Origin: Heptranchias perlo
Lineage: Eukaryota
NCBI RefSeq assembly: GCF_035084215.1
Contig: NC_090326.1
Location: 48,050,001-48,114,000, forward strand
Reading direction: 5' to 3'
Length of the DNA stretch: 64,000 nucleotides
Shown: piece by piece, positions 50,660 through 63,863 of the stretch
How the letters are laid out: every line of letters starts with the position of its first letter
Numbering within the stretch: the stretch's first letter is position 1
Position numbers and translations under genes: made by a program
Notes under the pieces: model-generated
The model's input: the letters and a program-made list of their open reading frames with translations, nothing else
Told to the model about the DNA's origin: nothing
The model's database searches: none

Positions 50660-51260
50660 TTTTTCTTTATAATGGAGGGACACAAAGGATATTCATTATG
50701 ATACAGGAATGAGAAGCTTTAGTTATGAGCAGAATCTAAAGAAATTGTGGTTCTTTTCATTAGAACAGAGAGGATTAAAAGAAAATCTTATACAATGTTC
50801 AAAATTATGAGGGCGCTTGATAAGGTAAATTACAAAAGTTTAATTTCTACTGGTCAGTGAAACGGTAACTGGTGGCATAAATAAGACCATCCCCAAAATA
50901 ATGAGGGACGGGTTAGTAGAATTTATTTTTAAAAAAAAATAAATCTTTAGGAGTTGAAATGTCCTACCAGTGAAGGAACCGCAATCCATATCATGGAAGA
51001 GAAAAAATATTTGAAATAGAAACATTTTTTAGGGGTATATGGAAAGGAACTTGGCAGATAGCTTCTTCAGAGAGCAGGCCCAGGTGCAATGTTCTGACAA
51101 AGGGTTATCAACCTGAAACATTAACCGTTTCTTTCTCCACAGATGCTGCATGACTTGCTGAGTATTTCCAGCATTTTCTGTTTTTATTGCGGATTTCCAG
51201 CATCCACAGTATTTTGCTTTGACCTCTTATTCTTTAGTTCTCGGGACCATGATTCTATAA
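50660..51260 (+). mobile_element. Old CR1 3' fragment with a Penelope-like repeat at 51090-51220
   Basis: Decayed LSYEQNL..FSLEQRGL. The PLE piece has a mutated hammerhead core, ctgacaaagggttatcaacctgaaac. Confidence 0.7.
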
Positions 51261-51444
51261 GATTTCAATCAGGTTTCTCAGACTTTAGCTAACTAGACTG
51301 CTCATAATGGAGAAATAAGGCCAGCGGAGGACTGCTACTGCCTCTCTGGCTGAGATCAACTAATAAACTAGATCTTCCTGAATTGTGTGGCTCAGAGAAA
51401 TCAGGTAGGGCTCCCCTCCTAACCACAACCTCTGCTGGAAAGCA

Positions 51445-51800
51445 TAACATTTTTAACAACATCCCAAGGCGCTTTAGCAGAGCATTATCAAACAAAATTT
51501 AACACCGAGCCACATAAGGAGATGTTAGGACAGGTGACCAAAAAGCTTGGTTAAAGAGGTAGATTTTAAGGAACATCTTAAAAAGGAGGAGAGGTAGAGA
51601 GGTTTAGTGAGGAAATTCCAGAGCTTAGGGCCTAGGCAGCTGAAGGCATGGCTGTCAATGGTGGAGCAATTAAAATCAGGGACGTGCAAGAGGCCAGAAT
51701 TGGAGGAGCGCAGAGATCTCGGAGGCTTGTAGTGCTGGAGGAGATTACAGAGATATTGCGGGGGGGGGGGGGGCATAGAGGAACTTGAAAACAAGGATAA
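51445..51800 (-). mobile_element. L2-type LINE 3' fragment
   Basis: Aligns with 4690-5030. Confidence 0.85.
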
Positions 51801-52914
51801 AGCAACGGTCCAGCTGGGCAGTGATGCTGAGAAAGCCTGGCGTTCATTCTAATCTGTGCCTAGACAGTGATCACTTGGATCAGATATCAGAGCTGCTGAC
51901 AGTTGTCGAAACGTACCCCAGCATGGGCAACTTTTAGGAAGGGTGCAGATAAGAATTCTGGTTTTTTGGGGGGGGGGGGGTAGGAAAAAGGAGAAAAAAA
52001 AAGGTGGATGGGAAACCGACAGGGAAAAGGAGATACAACAGAAAACGAGCATCTCAGGTTGATACAAGGCCACGATCTTCCCCCTCCCCCAGTGAGGAGG
52101 AACACCAGCATTGCAGTAAATTATTAGGTTGTACAGTTATCAGAATAGGAGATTTACAAAATGGCTACATAGCATAGTTATTGTAAATCAATGACTTTAA
52201 TTTGAACTTTTGGATCCCAGTCCCAGCCTTCACTAGGACGTCCTCGACAAATGTACCCTTTCTTTTCAATTTGGTCCAACACTGGTGGCATATCTCAGTA
52301 ACTACTAAATGCAAATTTTCTGCTTTGTGAGTACATTTGAGCACAAGACGCAATGAACCACACCTAAAAGTTCAGCGCCAATGGGAACTGGAGAATTGTG
52401 TTATTGGGAATTGCCGGTGCACGCACATATCTTTTCCACCGTTGGTTATACAGAAGCCAGCAGCATGAAATCTTCACATTTTTAAACATTGGTGATTCAG
52501 CTTTTCCTTAACATAATGAAAACCTTCCCACTCCGTTGTTAGCATTATAGTAAAGGCTGCAGCTTAAGATACAAGGTTGCAGCCTCCCTACCCTGCCTCC
52601 ACTGGCATGAACTATTGAGTTCTTATTGTGGTTTGTATTTTTACTGCATTTCTCCTTCCCACCACCCACACCGCCCCCCCCCCCCCCCGCAAACCAAATT
52701 TCTTCTCTTGGTCGGTTTCCAGCATCTTGACCAAGTGACCACTCCATGTGTTAGCTAGACAGCGAGTGTCAGACTAATTAACCAGAGACAGCTTCATATC
52801 CAAGTCCAATCTCACCCCTAATGATGCTCCACCTGAAAGACAGCTCAGTACACACCAGAGATTAAATTTGGGACTTCCCAATCTCTACATTTCAGCTATA
52901 TGACACTGTACTAG

Positions 52915-54322
52915 TTAAAAACCAGAGAACCTGGCAATTACAGGCCAGTCAGTTTAACCTCGGTGTCAGGGAAGCTTTTAGAAACAATAATCCAGGACAA
53001 AATTAACAGTCACTTGGACAAGTGTGGATTAATAAAGGAAAACCAGCACAAATTTGTTAAAGGCAAATTGTGTTTAACTAACTTGACTGCATTTTTTTGA
53101 TGAGGTAACAGGTTGATGAAGGCACTGCAGTTGATGAGTATGTGGACTTTCAAAAAGGCATTTGATAAAGTGCCACATAATAGGCTGGTCATCAAAATTG
53201 AAGCCCATAGCGTAAAAGGGCTATTGGCAGCATGGATACAGAATTGGCTAAGTGACAGGTAAGAGTGTGTAATGGTGAACGGTTGTTTCTCGGACTGGAG
53301 GAAGGTATACAGTGGTGTTCCCCAGGGGTCGGTACTAGGACCGCTGCTTTTTAAAAAAATATATTAACGACTTGGACTTGGGTGCACGGGGCACAATTTC
53401 AAAATGTGCAAAGGACATAAAATTTGGAAGTGAAGTAAACAGTGAAGAGGATAGTAATAGGCTTCAAGAGGACATAGGTAGGCTGGTGGAATGGCCAGAC
53501 ACATGGCAGATGAAATTTAATGCAGAGAAGTGCGAAGTGATACATTTTGGCAGGAAGAACGAGGAGAGGCAATATAAATTAAATGGTACAATTCTAAGGG
53601 GGGGTGCAGGAACAGAGACCTGGGAGTATATGTGTACAAATCTTTGAAGGTGGCAGGACAGGTTGAGAAAGCAGTTAAAAAAGCATACAGAATCTTGGGC
53701 TTTATAAATTGAGGCATAGAGTACAAAAGCAAGGAAGTTATGTTGAACCTTTATAAAACACTGGTTCAGCCACAACTGGAGTATTGCGTCCAATTCTGGG
53801 CATTGCACTTTAGGAAGGACATGAAGACCTTAGAGTGGGTACAGAAAAGATTTACTAGAATGGTTCCAGGGACAAGGGACTGCAGTTATATGGATAAACT
53901 GGAGAAGCTGGGGATGTTCTCCTTCGAGCAGAGACGATGGAGAGGAAATCTGGTGGAAGTGTTTAAAATCATGACGAGTTTAGATAAAGTAAATAAAGAG
54001 AAGCTGTTCCCATTGGCGGAAGGGTCGAGAACCAAAGGACACAGATTTAAGGTGATTGGCAAAAGAACCAAAGGTGACATGGGGCAAAACTTTTTTACGT
54101 AGCGAGTGGTTATGATCTGGAATGAGCTGCCTGAAAGGGTGGTGGAAGCAGATTCAATTGCAGCTTTCAAAAAGGAATTGGATAAATATTTGAAGAGAAA
54201 AAATTTGCAGGGCTACGGGGAAAAAAGCATGGGAACGGGACTAACTGGATTGCTCTTGCAAGGAGCTGGCACAGGCTCAATGGGCCGAATGGCCTTCTGT
54301 GCTGTTACGAGCCTATTCTATG
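52915..54322 (+). mobile_element. CR1 LINE, 5'-truncated RT + 3'UTR
   Basis: NYRPVSLTS, DFQKAFD and LEYCVQFW; same family as 3232-4200. Confidence 0.95.
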
Positions 54323-55852
54323 AGAAGCTTCTTTTAAAATTCCTTAACTTTCTCAACTTTTATCGTTGTTATCTATGTTTTACACAGTCAGTCAGTCATT
54401 CATACACTTCTCATTTTATAGTGCCAACACTAACATAAATGAGGCAGCACCAGTACAGCCAGAGGAGCCAAGAATCACCTCAGGAGATGGTTTTTTTGAA
54501 GCTCCTGCAGAGGTAAAAGACCTGCCAAGAGTGAATGTAAATGGCCAGTGGTTTTGGATGTTACAAGCCACCATTTTTTCTGGCAGGTCAGTAGGTAGAG
54601 GATAAGATTTCCTTTGGCAGTGGCAATTTTGAATCAACTATGCAGGTACACATTTCAGAATTGCCACCCGTAATTTGAATTCTGTCCCGCAACATAAATG
54701 GGGCATGTTAGGAAGAGAACCCAACAGGTAGTACAAAACCTCCAAATAATTGCATTTCTGCAACATGAATGAACCCTACTGTCCCATTTGGGTCTTCTAT
54801 CCAAGCTTTAAATTCCTCCTCAGTGGGAAGTATTTTGCACTCAAAGGGAAATGTCCACACTGTAGAGTAGTCTTCTAGTCTAGTCTTGGCATTCAGGTGC
54901 AGATTAAACCTTCTAAATATGCTTTAGTCCAGTTTTGGAACACCACCTCTTGCTGCATCAATGTGATCATTTCCCCCTTACTTCACACATCTCCAGCATT
55001 TATAGCACCTAAGCAGAACTACAATTTGGTGCAGTATGTGTGGAATTGGGCGTTGTTTTGTGCTATGGACAGATTCATCAATAAAGATTGCTGAAATTCA
55101 TTTTACATAGGATATTTGTGGTCAACGCAGTGGAGATTTGCATCCTCTCAGTCTGGCGTGGACTCAAACCTAGACATTAAAAAGTGAATGGGCAGCAGGT
55201 CTACCTCTAACATAACTGCAAAAAGCAACAGTTTCTGGCATCTGAGCCAAGATTTCAGGATCCATTCTTCTTTTTCCCCCACAACAACGATCTCTGGTAG
55301 GAGAGCACAATTTCTAATTTTTGCATGTGCTGGCAGAATAACTAACATTGTGATTCTATTTTTTGTTTCAAGTAATAACACTCCTCCTACTCTACCAGGA
55401 CAGAAATATTTTCAATATTGATTGAATGAAACAGACTGTAGCTACAGTCACCTCACCCACTTTTTCAGATAAGGGGTGGGGGGGGGGGGGGGGGGGCGGG
55501 TGGCAGAATACAAGTACATTAAAAAGGAGTAGAAAGCAAAATGACAACTGTTGCCATTTGTAAATCAACAACAAAAAAAGTGCAGGGCTTACTTTGGGGT
55601 AAGTTAATACGAAGGACCCTATTACTCATTTATCCAGGCTTTCAGAAAACTCAAGATTCTAGCAAATTATTCCATCTTTATACATTTGTGCTAAAAGTAT
55701 AATATAATCCACAATATCAATGTCTCCCTTTCTCTCAACATGGTAACTCCATAGTCTATTCCTGATAGTTGGAAATCATTTATTGCTATCTAATAACTTG
55801 AATTAAGCAACATAAACAAAGCAAAGTGGGAACTCAGTGCTAAAGAAATTGA

Positions 55853-56995
55853 ATAGAATCATAGAATCATAGAAGTTACAACATGGAAACAGGCCCTTCG
55901 GCCCAACATGTCCATGTCGCCCAGTTTATACCACTAAGCTAGTCCCAATTGCCTGCACTTGGCCCATATCCCTCGATACCCATCTTCCCCATGTAACTGT
56001 CCAAATGCTTTTTAAAAGACAAAATTGTACCCGCCTCTACTACTGCCTCTGGCAGCTCGTTCCAGACACTCACCACCCTTTGAGTGAAAAAATTGCCCCT
56101 CTGGACCCTTTTGTATCTCTCCCCTCTCACCTTAAATCTATGCCCCCTCGTTATAGACTCCCCTACCTTTGGGAGAAGATTTTGACTATCGACCTTATCT
56201 ATGCCCCTCATTATTTTATAGACTTCTATAAGATCACCCCTTAACCTCCTACTCTCCAGGGAATAAAGTCCCAGTCTGTCTAACCTCTCCCTGTAAGTCA
56301 AACCATCAAGTCCCGGTAGCATCCTAGTAAATCTTTTCTGCACTCTTTCTAGTTTAATAATATCCTTTCTATAATAGGGTGACCAGAACTGTACACAGTA
56401 CTCCAAGTGTGGCCTCACCAATGCCCTGTACAACTTCAACAAGACATCCCAACTCCTGCATTCAATGTTCTGACCAATGAAACCAAGCATGCTGAATGCC
56501 TTCTTCACCACCCTATCCACCTGTGACTCCACTTTCAAGGAGCTATGAATCTGTACTCCTAGATCTCTTTGTTCTATAACTCTCCCCAACGCCCTACCAT
56601 TAACGGAGTAGGTCCTGGCCCGATTCGATCTACCAAAATGCATCACCTCACATTTATCTAAATTAAACTCCATCTGCCATTCATCGGCCCACTGGCCCAA
56701 TTTATCAAGATCCCGTTGCAATCCTAGATAACCTTCTTCACTGTCCACAATGCCACCAATCTTGGTGTCATCTGCAAACTTACTAACCATGCCTCCTAAA
56801 TTCTCATCCAAATCATTAATATAAATAACAAATAACAGCGGACCCAGCACCGATCCCTGAGGCACACCGCTGGACACAGGCATCCAGTTTGAAAAACAAC
56901 CCTCGACAACCACCCTCTGTCTTCTGTCGTCAAGCCAATTTTGTATCCAATTGGCTACCTCACCTTGGATCCCATGAGATTTAACCTTATGTAAC
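55853..56995 (-). mobile_element. Young CR1 LINE, 5'-truncated, uninterrupted 352-aa ORF
   Basis: Near-identical to 18378-19520; (ATTCTATG)n tail. Confidence 0.97.
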
Positions 56996-57139
56996 ATTGA
57001 TCAGATAATTTTAACTAAACGACTGAATTAAGAGCAGATTACATATGATAACATTAGCTACAGGTGTTACTGCTTTCTAATATATTTCAGGCATTTGGAA
57101 GACATCAAACTACAAGTATTGCTACACTGAATGTGATAT

Positions 57140-60100
57140 TGCTCTATTTACGATATACCCCGAAGGGGCAAGAGCTCTAATTATCAAATTAAACAGCCAT
57201 AGTCGCCAAAAGAGATGAGAGATAACATAAAACTAAAGGAAAGAGCATACAAAAGTGCTGCAGATGTTCCTCAGGGCAGTGTCCTAGGCCCAACCATCTT
57301 CAGCTGCTTCGTCAATGCCCTTCCCTCCATCATAAGATCAGAAATGGGAATGTTCACTGATGATTGCCTAACGTTCAGTTCCATTCGCAACCCCTCAGAT
57401 AATGAAGCAATCCGTGCCCGCATGCAGCAAGACCTGGACAACATCCAAGCTTGGGTTCATAAGTGGCAAGTAACATTCGCGCCAGACAAGTGCCAGGCAA
57501 TGACCATCTCCAACAAGAGAGTCGAACCACCTCCCCATGACATTTCAACGGCATTACCATCGCCGAATCCCCCACCATCAACATCCTGGGGGTCACTATT
57601 GACCAGAAACTGAACTGGACCAGCCACATAAATTACTATGGCTACAAGAGCAGGTCAGAGGCTGGGTATTCTGCAGCAAGTGACTCACCCCCTGACTCCC
57701 CAAAGCCTTTCCACCATCTACAAGGCACAAGTCAGGAGTGTGATGGAATACTCTCCACTTGCCTGGATGAGTGCAGCTCCAACAACACTCAAGAAGCTCG
57801 ACACCATCCATGACAAAGCAGCCCACTTTATTGGCACCCCATCCACCACCCTAAACATTCACTCCCTTCACCACCGGCGCACTGTGGCGGCAGTGTGTAC
57901 CATCCACAGGATGCACTGAAGCAACTCGCCAAGGCTTCTTCGACAGCACCTCCCAAACCCGCGACCTCTACCGCCTAGAAGGACAAGAGCAGCAGGCACG
58001 TGGGAACACCACCACCTGCACCTTCCCCTCCAAGTCACACACCATCCCGACTTGGAAATATACCGCCGTTCCTTCACCGTCGCTGGGTCAAAATCCTGGA
58101 ACTCCCTTCCTAACAGCACTGTGGGAGAACCTTCACCACACGGACTGCAGCGGTTCAAGAAGGTGGCTCACCACCACCTTCTCAAGTGCAATTCAGAATG
58201 GGCAATAAATGCTGGCCTCACCAGCGACGCCCACATCCCATGAACGAATAAAAAAAGTGTAGATCCAGGGGACTGGGAGAGATATAAAGAACAGCAAAGG
58301 AAGACTAAAAAGATATTAAGAGCTGCAAAAAGGGAATACGAAAAGAAACTTGCAAGGGATATAGAGAATAACACAAAATATTTTTACAATTATATTAGAC
58401 GAAAAAGGGTAGTCAAGGATAATGGGGGCCCTTTCAAAACAGATGCAAGTAATATTGCAAATGAAAATAAGGAAGAATCAAACTTGTGGAATAATTACTT
58501 TGTATCAGTCATCACAGTAGAGGAAGAGGATAATATGCCAGACATTGTAGGCAAACTAATAATGAATCAAGGACTGGAACTCACTAAAGTTAATGTAAGC
58601 AAGAAAACAGTTTTTTTTTTAAAAAAGGCACTATAAAACATATGAATAGTAAAAGAGTAGTCAAAGGAAGGGTGGGACCGATTAGGGACAAAAAAAGGAG
58701 ATCTTCTTGTGGAGCCAGAGGGCATGGCTGAGGTACTAAATGAATATTTCGCATCCGTCTTCACTAAAGAGGATGCTGCCATCGTAGCAGTAAAGGAGGA
58801 GGTAGTAGTGATATTGGATAGGATAAAAATAGATAAAGAGGAGGCACTTAAAAGATTGGCAGTACTCAAAGCAGAAAGGACATCCAGTCCAGATGGCATG
58901 CATCCTAGGTTATGGAGGGAAGTAGGGTGGAAATTGCAGAGGTGCTGGCCATAATCTTCCAATCCTTCGATATAAGGGCAGTGCCAGAGGACTGCAAATG
59001 TTACATCACTATTCAAAAAGGGGGAGGGAGGTAAACCCGGCAACTACCAGTGAGGAAACGGAGACAATAATCTGGGACAAAATTACTTGGCACTTGGAAA
59101 AGTATGGGCTAGTAAATGAAAGTCAGCACAAATTTGTTAAAAGGAAATTTGTGTTTGACTAGCTTGATTGAGTTCTTTGATGAAGTAACGGAGAGCGTTA
59201 ATGAGAGTAATGCGGTTGATCTGTATATGGACTTTCAAAAGACATTTGATAAAGTTCCTCACAATAGACTTGTTAGCAAAATTAAAGCCCATGGGATTGA
59301 AGGGACAGTGGCAGCATAGATACAAAATTGGCTTGGAGATAGAAAGCAGAGTAGTGGTGAACAGTTGTTTTTCAGACTGGAGGGAAGTATACAGTGGTGT
59401 TTCCCAAGGGTCAGCATTAGGACCACTGCTCTTTTTGATATATATTAATGATCTGGACTTGGGTGTACAGGGTATAATTTCAAATTTTGCAGATGACACG
59501 AATCTGAAAAGTGTAGTAAACAATGCAGAGGATAGTAACAGACTTCAGGAGGACACATGCAGACTGGTGAAATGGTCAGACATATGGCAGATGAAATTTA
59601 ACACACAAGTGTTAAGTGATGCATTTTGGTAGGAAGATTGAGGAGAGGTAATATAAATTAAATGGTACAATTTTAAAGGGGTGCAGGAACAGAGACCTGG
59701 GGGTGCACATACACAAATCTTTGAAGGTGGCAGGACAAGTTGAGAAGGCTGTTTTAAAAAAAAAAGCATATGGGACCCTGGACTTTATTAATAGAGGCAT
59801 AGAGTACAAAAGCAAGGAAGTTATGCTAAACCTTTATAAACACTGGTTAGGCTTCAGCTGGAGTATTGTGTTCAATTCTGGGCACCACACTTTAGAAAGG
59901 ATGTCAAGGCCTTAGATAGGGTGCAAAGGAGAATTACTAGAATGGTACCAGGGATGAGGGACTTCAGTTATGTGGACAGCCTGGAGAAGCTGGGGTTGTT
60001 CTCCTTAGAACAGAGAACGTTAAGCGGAGATTTGATAGAGGTGTTCAAGGTCATGAATGGTTTTGATAGTTTCTCCTTATTTACTCTGTTTCCAGTGGGA

Positions 60101-62105
60101 GAAGGGCCAGTAACCAGAGGACACAAGTTTAAGGTGATTGGCAAAAGAGCCAGAGACAACACAAGGAAACACTGCCTGAAAGGGGGGTGGAAGCAGATTC
60201 AATAGTAAGTTTCAAAAGGGAATTAGATAAATACTTGAAGGGGTAAAAATTACAGGGCTATGGGGAAAGAGCAGGGGAATGGGACTAATTGGATAGCTCT
60301 TTCAAAGAGCACAGGAGGAGGCCACCTCCTGTGCTGTACCTACTATAATAAAGACTGACAAATCCCCAGGACCTGATGATTTCCACCCCAGGGCTTTAAA
60401 GGAAGGAGATGAGGAAATTGCAGACGCTTTAGACATAAACTTCCAAAGCGCTCTCAATTTAGGAATTGTCCCTTTAGATTGGAAAATTAGGTAAGTTTCA
60501 GTTAGTTAAAATTAAAGCTCATGGAATTGAAGGCAAATTATTGACCAGGTTTGGCAGTAGAAGGCAGAGTAGGGATAATGGGTATGTACTCAAATTGGAA
60601 GGAAGTGACTAGTGGTGTCCCACAAGGATCTGTGCTGGGGCCTCAACTGCTAGAGGGGGTGCAACAAAGGTTCACTAGATTTTTTTCCTGGGATGAAAGG
60701 ATTGTTCTAGGAGGAGAGATTGAGTAGAATGGGCCTATATTCTCTGGAGTTTAGAAGAATGAGGGGTGATCTCATTGAAACGTATAAAATTTTTAAGATG
60801 GCTTGACAGGGTAGATGCAGAGAGGCTGTTTTCCCTGGCTGGACAGTCTAGAACTATGGGTCATAGTCTCGAGATAAGGGGTCGGCCATTTAGGACAGAG
60901 ATGAGGAAAAATTTCTTCACTCAGAGGATTGTGAATCTTTGAAATTCTCTACCCCAGAGGGCTCTGGCTGCTCAGTCGTCGAATATATTCAAGACTAAGA
61001 TCGATAGATTTTTGGATACTAAGGGAATCAAGGGATATGGGGATAGGGCAGGAAAGTGGAGTTGAGGTAGAAGATCAGCCATAACCTTATTGAATTGCAG
61101 AGCAGGCTCGAGGGGCTGTATGGCCTACTCCTGCTCCTATTTATGTTCTTATTCACTATATTTATTAAATGACTTGGATAACACAATAGAGAGCCATATA
61201 TCCAAGATTGCCATGACACAAAGATTGGTGGCGTGGTAAGTAATGTTGAATTACAAAGAGACATTGGTAGATTGAGTGAGTGGGCAGATGGATTTCAGAT
61301 GGCAGATGGATTTCAACGCAGGCAAGTGTGAGGTCATCCATTTTGGGCAAAAAAAGGTCATTTTTTTTTAAATGGTGAAAAGTTAGGAACAGTGGCGGTC
61401 CAAACAGATTTTAGGGTCCACGTACACAGATCACTAAAATGTAGTAGTCAGAGTGCAAAAAATAATCAAACAGGCTAATGGAATGTTAGCCTTTATAACT
61501 AGAGGACTAGAATATAAAGGGGAGGAAGTTTTGCTGCCACTATACAAAGTCCCGTTAGACCACATCTGGAGTACTGTGTACTGTACTGAGCGTCACATCT
61601 TAGAAAGGATATATTGGCCTGGGAAGGAGTGCAGCACAGATTCACTAGAATGTTATCAGGGCTCCAAGGGTTAGATTATGAGGAGAGATTACATAAACTA
61701 GGCTTGTATTCCCTGGAAGATAGAAGGTGACTTGATTGAGGTTTTTAGGATTTTGAAAGGAATTGATAGGGTAGAGAGAAACTTTTTCCACTGGTGGGAG
61801 TCTGGGATAAGGAGACATAACCATTAAATCAGAGCCAGGCAACTCAGGTGAGATAAGGCCAACTAGGGAACACCTCTTCACACAAAGGGTGGTAGAAATG
61901 GGTACTCACCCACAAAAAGCAATAGATGCTAGCTCAATTAATAATTTTAAATCTGAGATCGATCAATTTTTGCTAGCCAAGGGTATTAAGGGATATGGAG
62001 CCAAGGCTGGTGGATGGAGTTAGGATACAGATCAGTCATGATCCCTCTGAATGGCAGAACAGGCTCGAGGGACTGAATGGCCTATACCCATTCCTATGTT
62101 CCTAT
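57140..62105 (+). mobile_element. CR1 host carrying three inserts: LINE-B 57256-58255, CR1 ~58633-60350, CR1 3' piece 60649-61150
   Basis: Host segments are collinear with 27160-30740 and rejoin at ggcacta|aagactgac and cctcaact|attcacta. Confidence 0.88.
57256..58255 (+). mobile_element. LINE-B copy, 5'-truncated
   Basis: PQGSVLGPTIF, FTDD and YKAQVRSVMEY; tail gaacgaataaaaaaa. Confidence 0.93.
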
Positions 62106-62411
62106 CCACTTTTATTTTGCTACAATACTAAATAACATACACAATTTTATAAATCTACAGCATCCGCAATATTTTCCTTGCAATTTATAATGCGCTGCTT
62201 AAAGCTTTGGATATGTGCAATGATCACAATTCATGTACAGAATTATTAGAGTGCTAAAATATGGTGCAGATTTTCAGACCATAGATAACATATAGAAATG
62301 ATTTTCTCTCTCACTACTGCGCAATCTACTTTCTCAAGTTTCCAACTAAACAAATGGTGGTCAAAGTCTTCTATTTCCCTTCTGCCCAATTATGCTAATT
62401 ACTCTGATTCA

Positions 62412-63083
62412 ATGGCCCAAAGTTTGCTGGGGCAGGGCAACAAACAGCACCCATTAGTTAGACTTGCCCATGCCCATTTAATCTCCATGATATTTTGCAA
62501 TGCAAGTTGCCAGAAGTGCGTGATGGAAACTGGATACAGAACATCTGGGAACTGAGTGAACAGAACAAACAACTGTGTATCTCCCTAACCAATCAGACTA
62601 AAGGATTGTGAAATTAACAGCGCAAGAAGAAAGCGTAAGTTAGAGTGGTAAATTCAATGTCAAATCAGGTAGAGAGAGTTTAAAAAAGACAAAAAAGGAA
62701 AAGTAAAAACATTTTTTTAAAATTTTACATTTTAAAAAAAGCTCCAACAATTAAAACCTGAAGGAATGAGACTCCACACTTGTAATAGTTAATTTTCAGT
62801 GGTTGACCGGCAGCAATTAACACTTATTACGTCGTTAAAAGGGTACTCGGACCTGAAATGACTTGAATTAACTTTCTGTAGCGGGTTTAGTTCATGTCTA
62901 CCACCCAAATACAGGAACTTCAAGCCATTCAGTGGTGAGGCAGGCAGCGAAATTCCGTTTTCGTGGAACAGTGCATCTTGGACAGCAATTTTTGGGTTTC
63001 CGCGTTAACCGTGCATCGGCCCTCACCTGAAGTTGCTGTACGATTTGTGCATCACCGTTATTGTGACAGCAAATTCTGGGCCA
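62412..63083. mobile_element. Intact ~670-bp non-autonomous TIR element (MITE-like)
   Basis: TIRs tggcccaaagtttgctg / cagcaaattctgggcca (15/17 match); body homologous to 2572-3231. Confidence 0.78.
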
Positions 63084-63119
63084 TAATATTTATGATAAAA
63101 ACTGTCCAAGAGCTGTCTG

Positions 63120-63330
63120 CAGCTGACCTGCCCAACATTCTTCACTCAACCAGCAGTAAAGGCAGATTAACTGGTCATTGGGCTTATTACCATTTGTTGC
63201 ATTTTGCTGTATGCAAAATGGCTTCCATATTTGACTAGAAAACTGTCATTGTCAGTCAAAGCAACATATTACTTTAAGTAGTGACATTTGAAAAACATAA
63301 TAAGCCACTGTATAAATGGAAGTCTTTCCT
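63120..63330 (+). mobile_element. Decayed 3' half of a SacSINE1-like SINE
   Basis: Reverse-complement similarity to 19850-20060. Confidence 0.6.
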
Positions 63331-63524
63331 ATTCTTGAAGTTTCGGTCACTGACAATCCTTGTTATTAATAAGCAGACCTATTTAAAGGCAATATATTCT
63401 TGTATATTTAACAACTTCTAGTTCAACTGGTATTAACAGGATGACTACTGTATCATCTGCATAGGAGCACAAATTGTATTGTGTCAAACCCTTTGTTTAA
63501 AAAAAAGGGGCAAGGAAGAGAAAT

Positions 63525-63850
63525 AAAATTCAACACACTTCAAAAGTGGATTAAAATCCTATACTCCAACCTCGTATCCATTATGTGCACCAATGCTTTC
63601 AACTCCTTGCAACCACTTCAACAAGAAATATGCCTTATTCCCCCTTCCTCTTCACTGATGCCATAGAGCCCCTTATAGCAAGCTCATCGAATACAGGCTG
63701 GCTCACCCGAGCACAAAATATCACTATGCGGATGACATCCGACTCTAACTAACCCATCTGCTTTACTGTTCAATATCTTCCAAAAGATCAAAAGAATTCT
63801 GCCGGCCCCCAGGATACAAGATTAATTATTCCTAGATCCAGCACATCCCT
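63525..63850 (+). mobile_element. Fossil L1/Tx1-clade RT fragment
   Basis: KWIKILYSN, LF..AIEPL, EHKISL/YADD and GYKINYS motifs, with frameshifts. Confidence 0.8.
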
Positions 63851-63863
63851 CCACACATTCACA

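Noticed and set aside
55473-55502. Poly-G/C tracts with G-quadruplex potential (also ~1166, 11377, 12288, 51760, 52675)
   Set aside because: Simple homopolymer repeats scattered through the introns; they explain the poly-Pro/Gly ORFs.
57251-58257. Apparent 7-bp TSD aaaagtg around LINE-B
   Set aside because: Comparison with the homologous CR1 segment near 27260 suggests both copies are host sequence.
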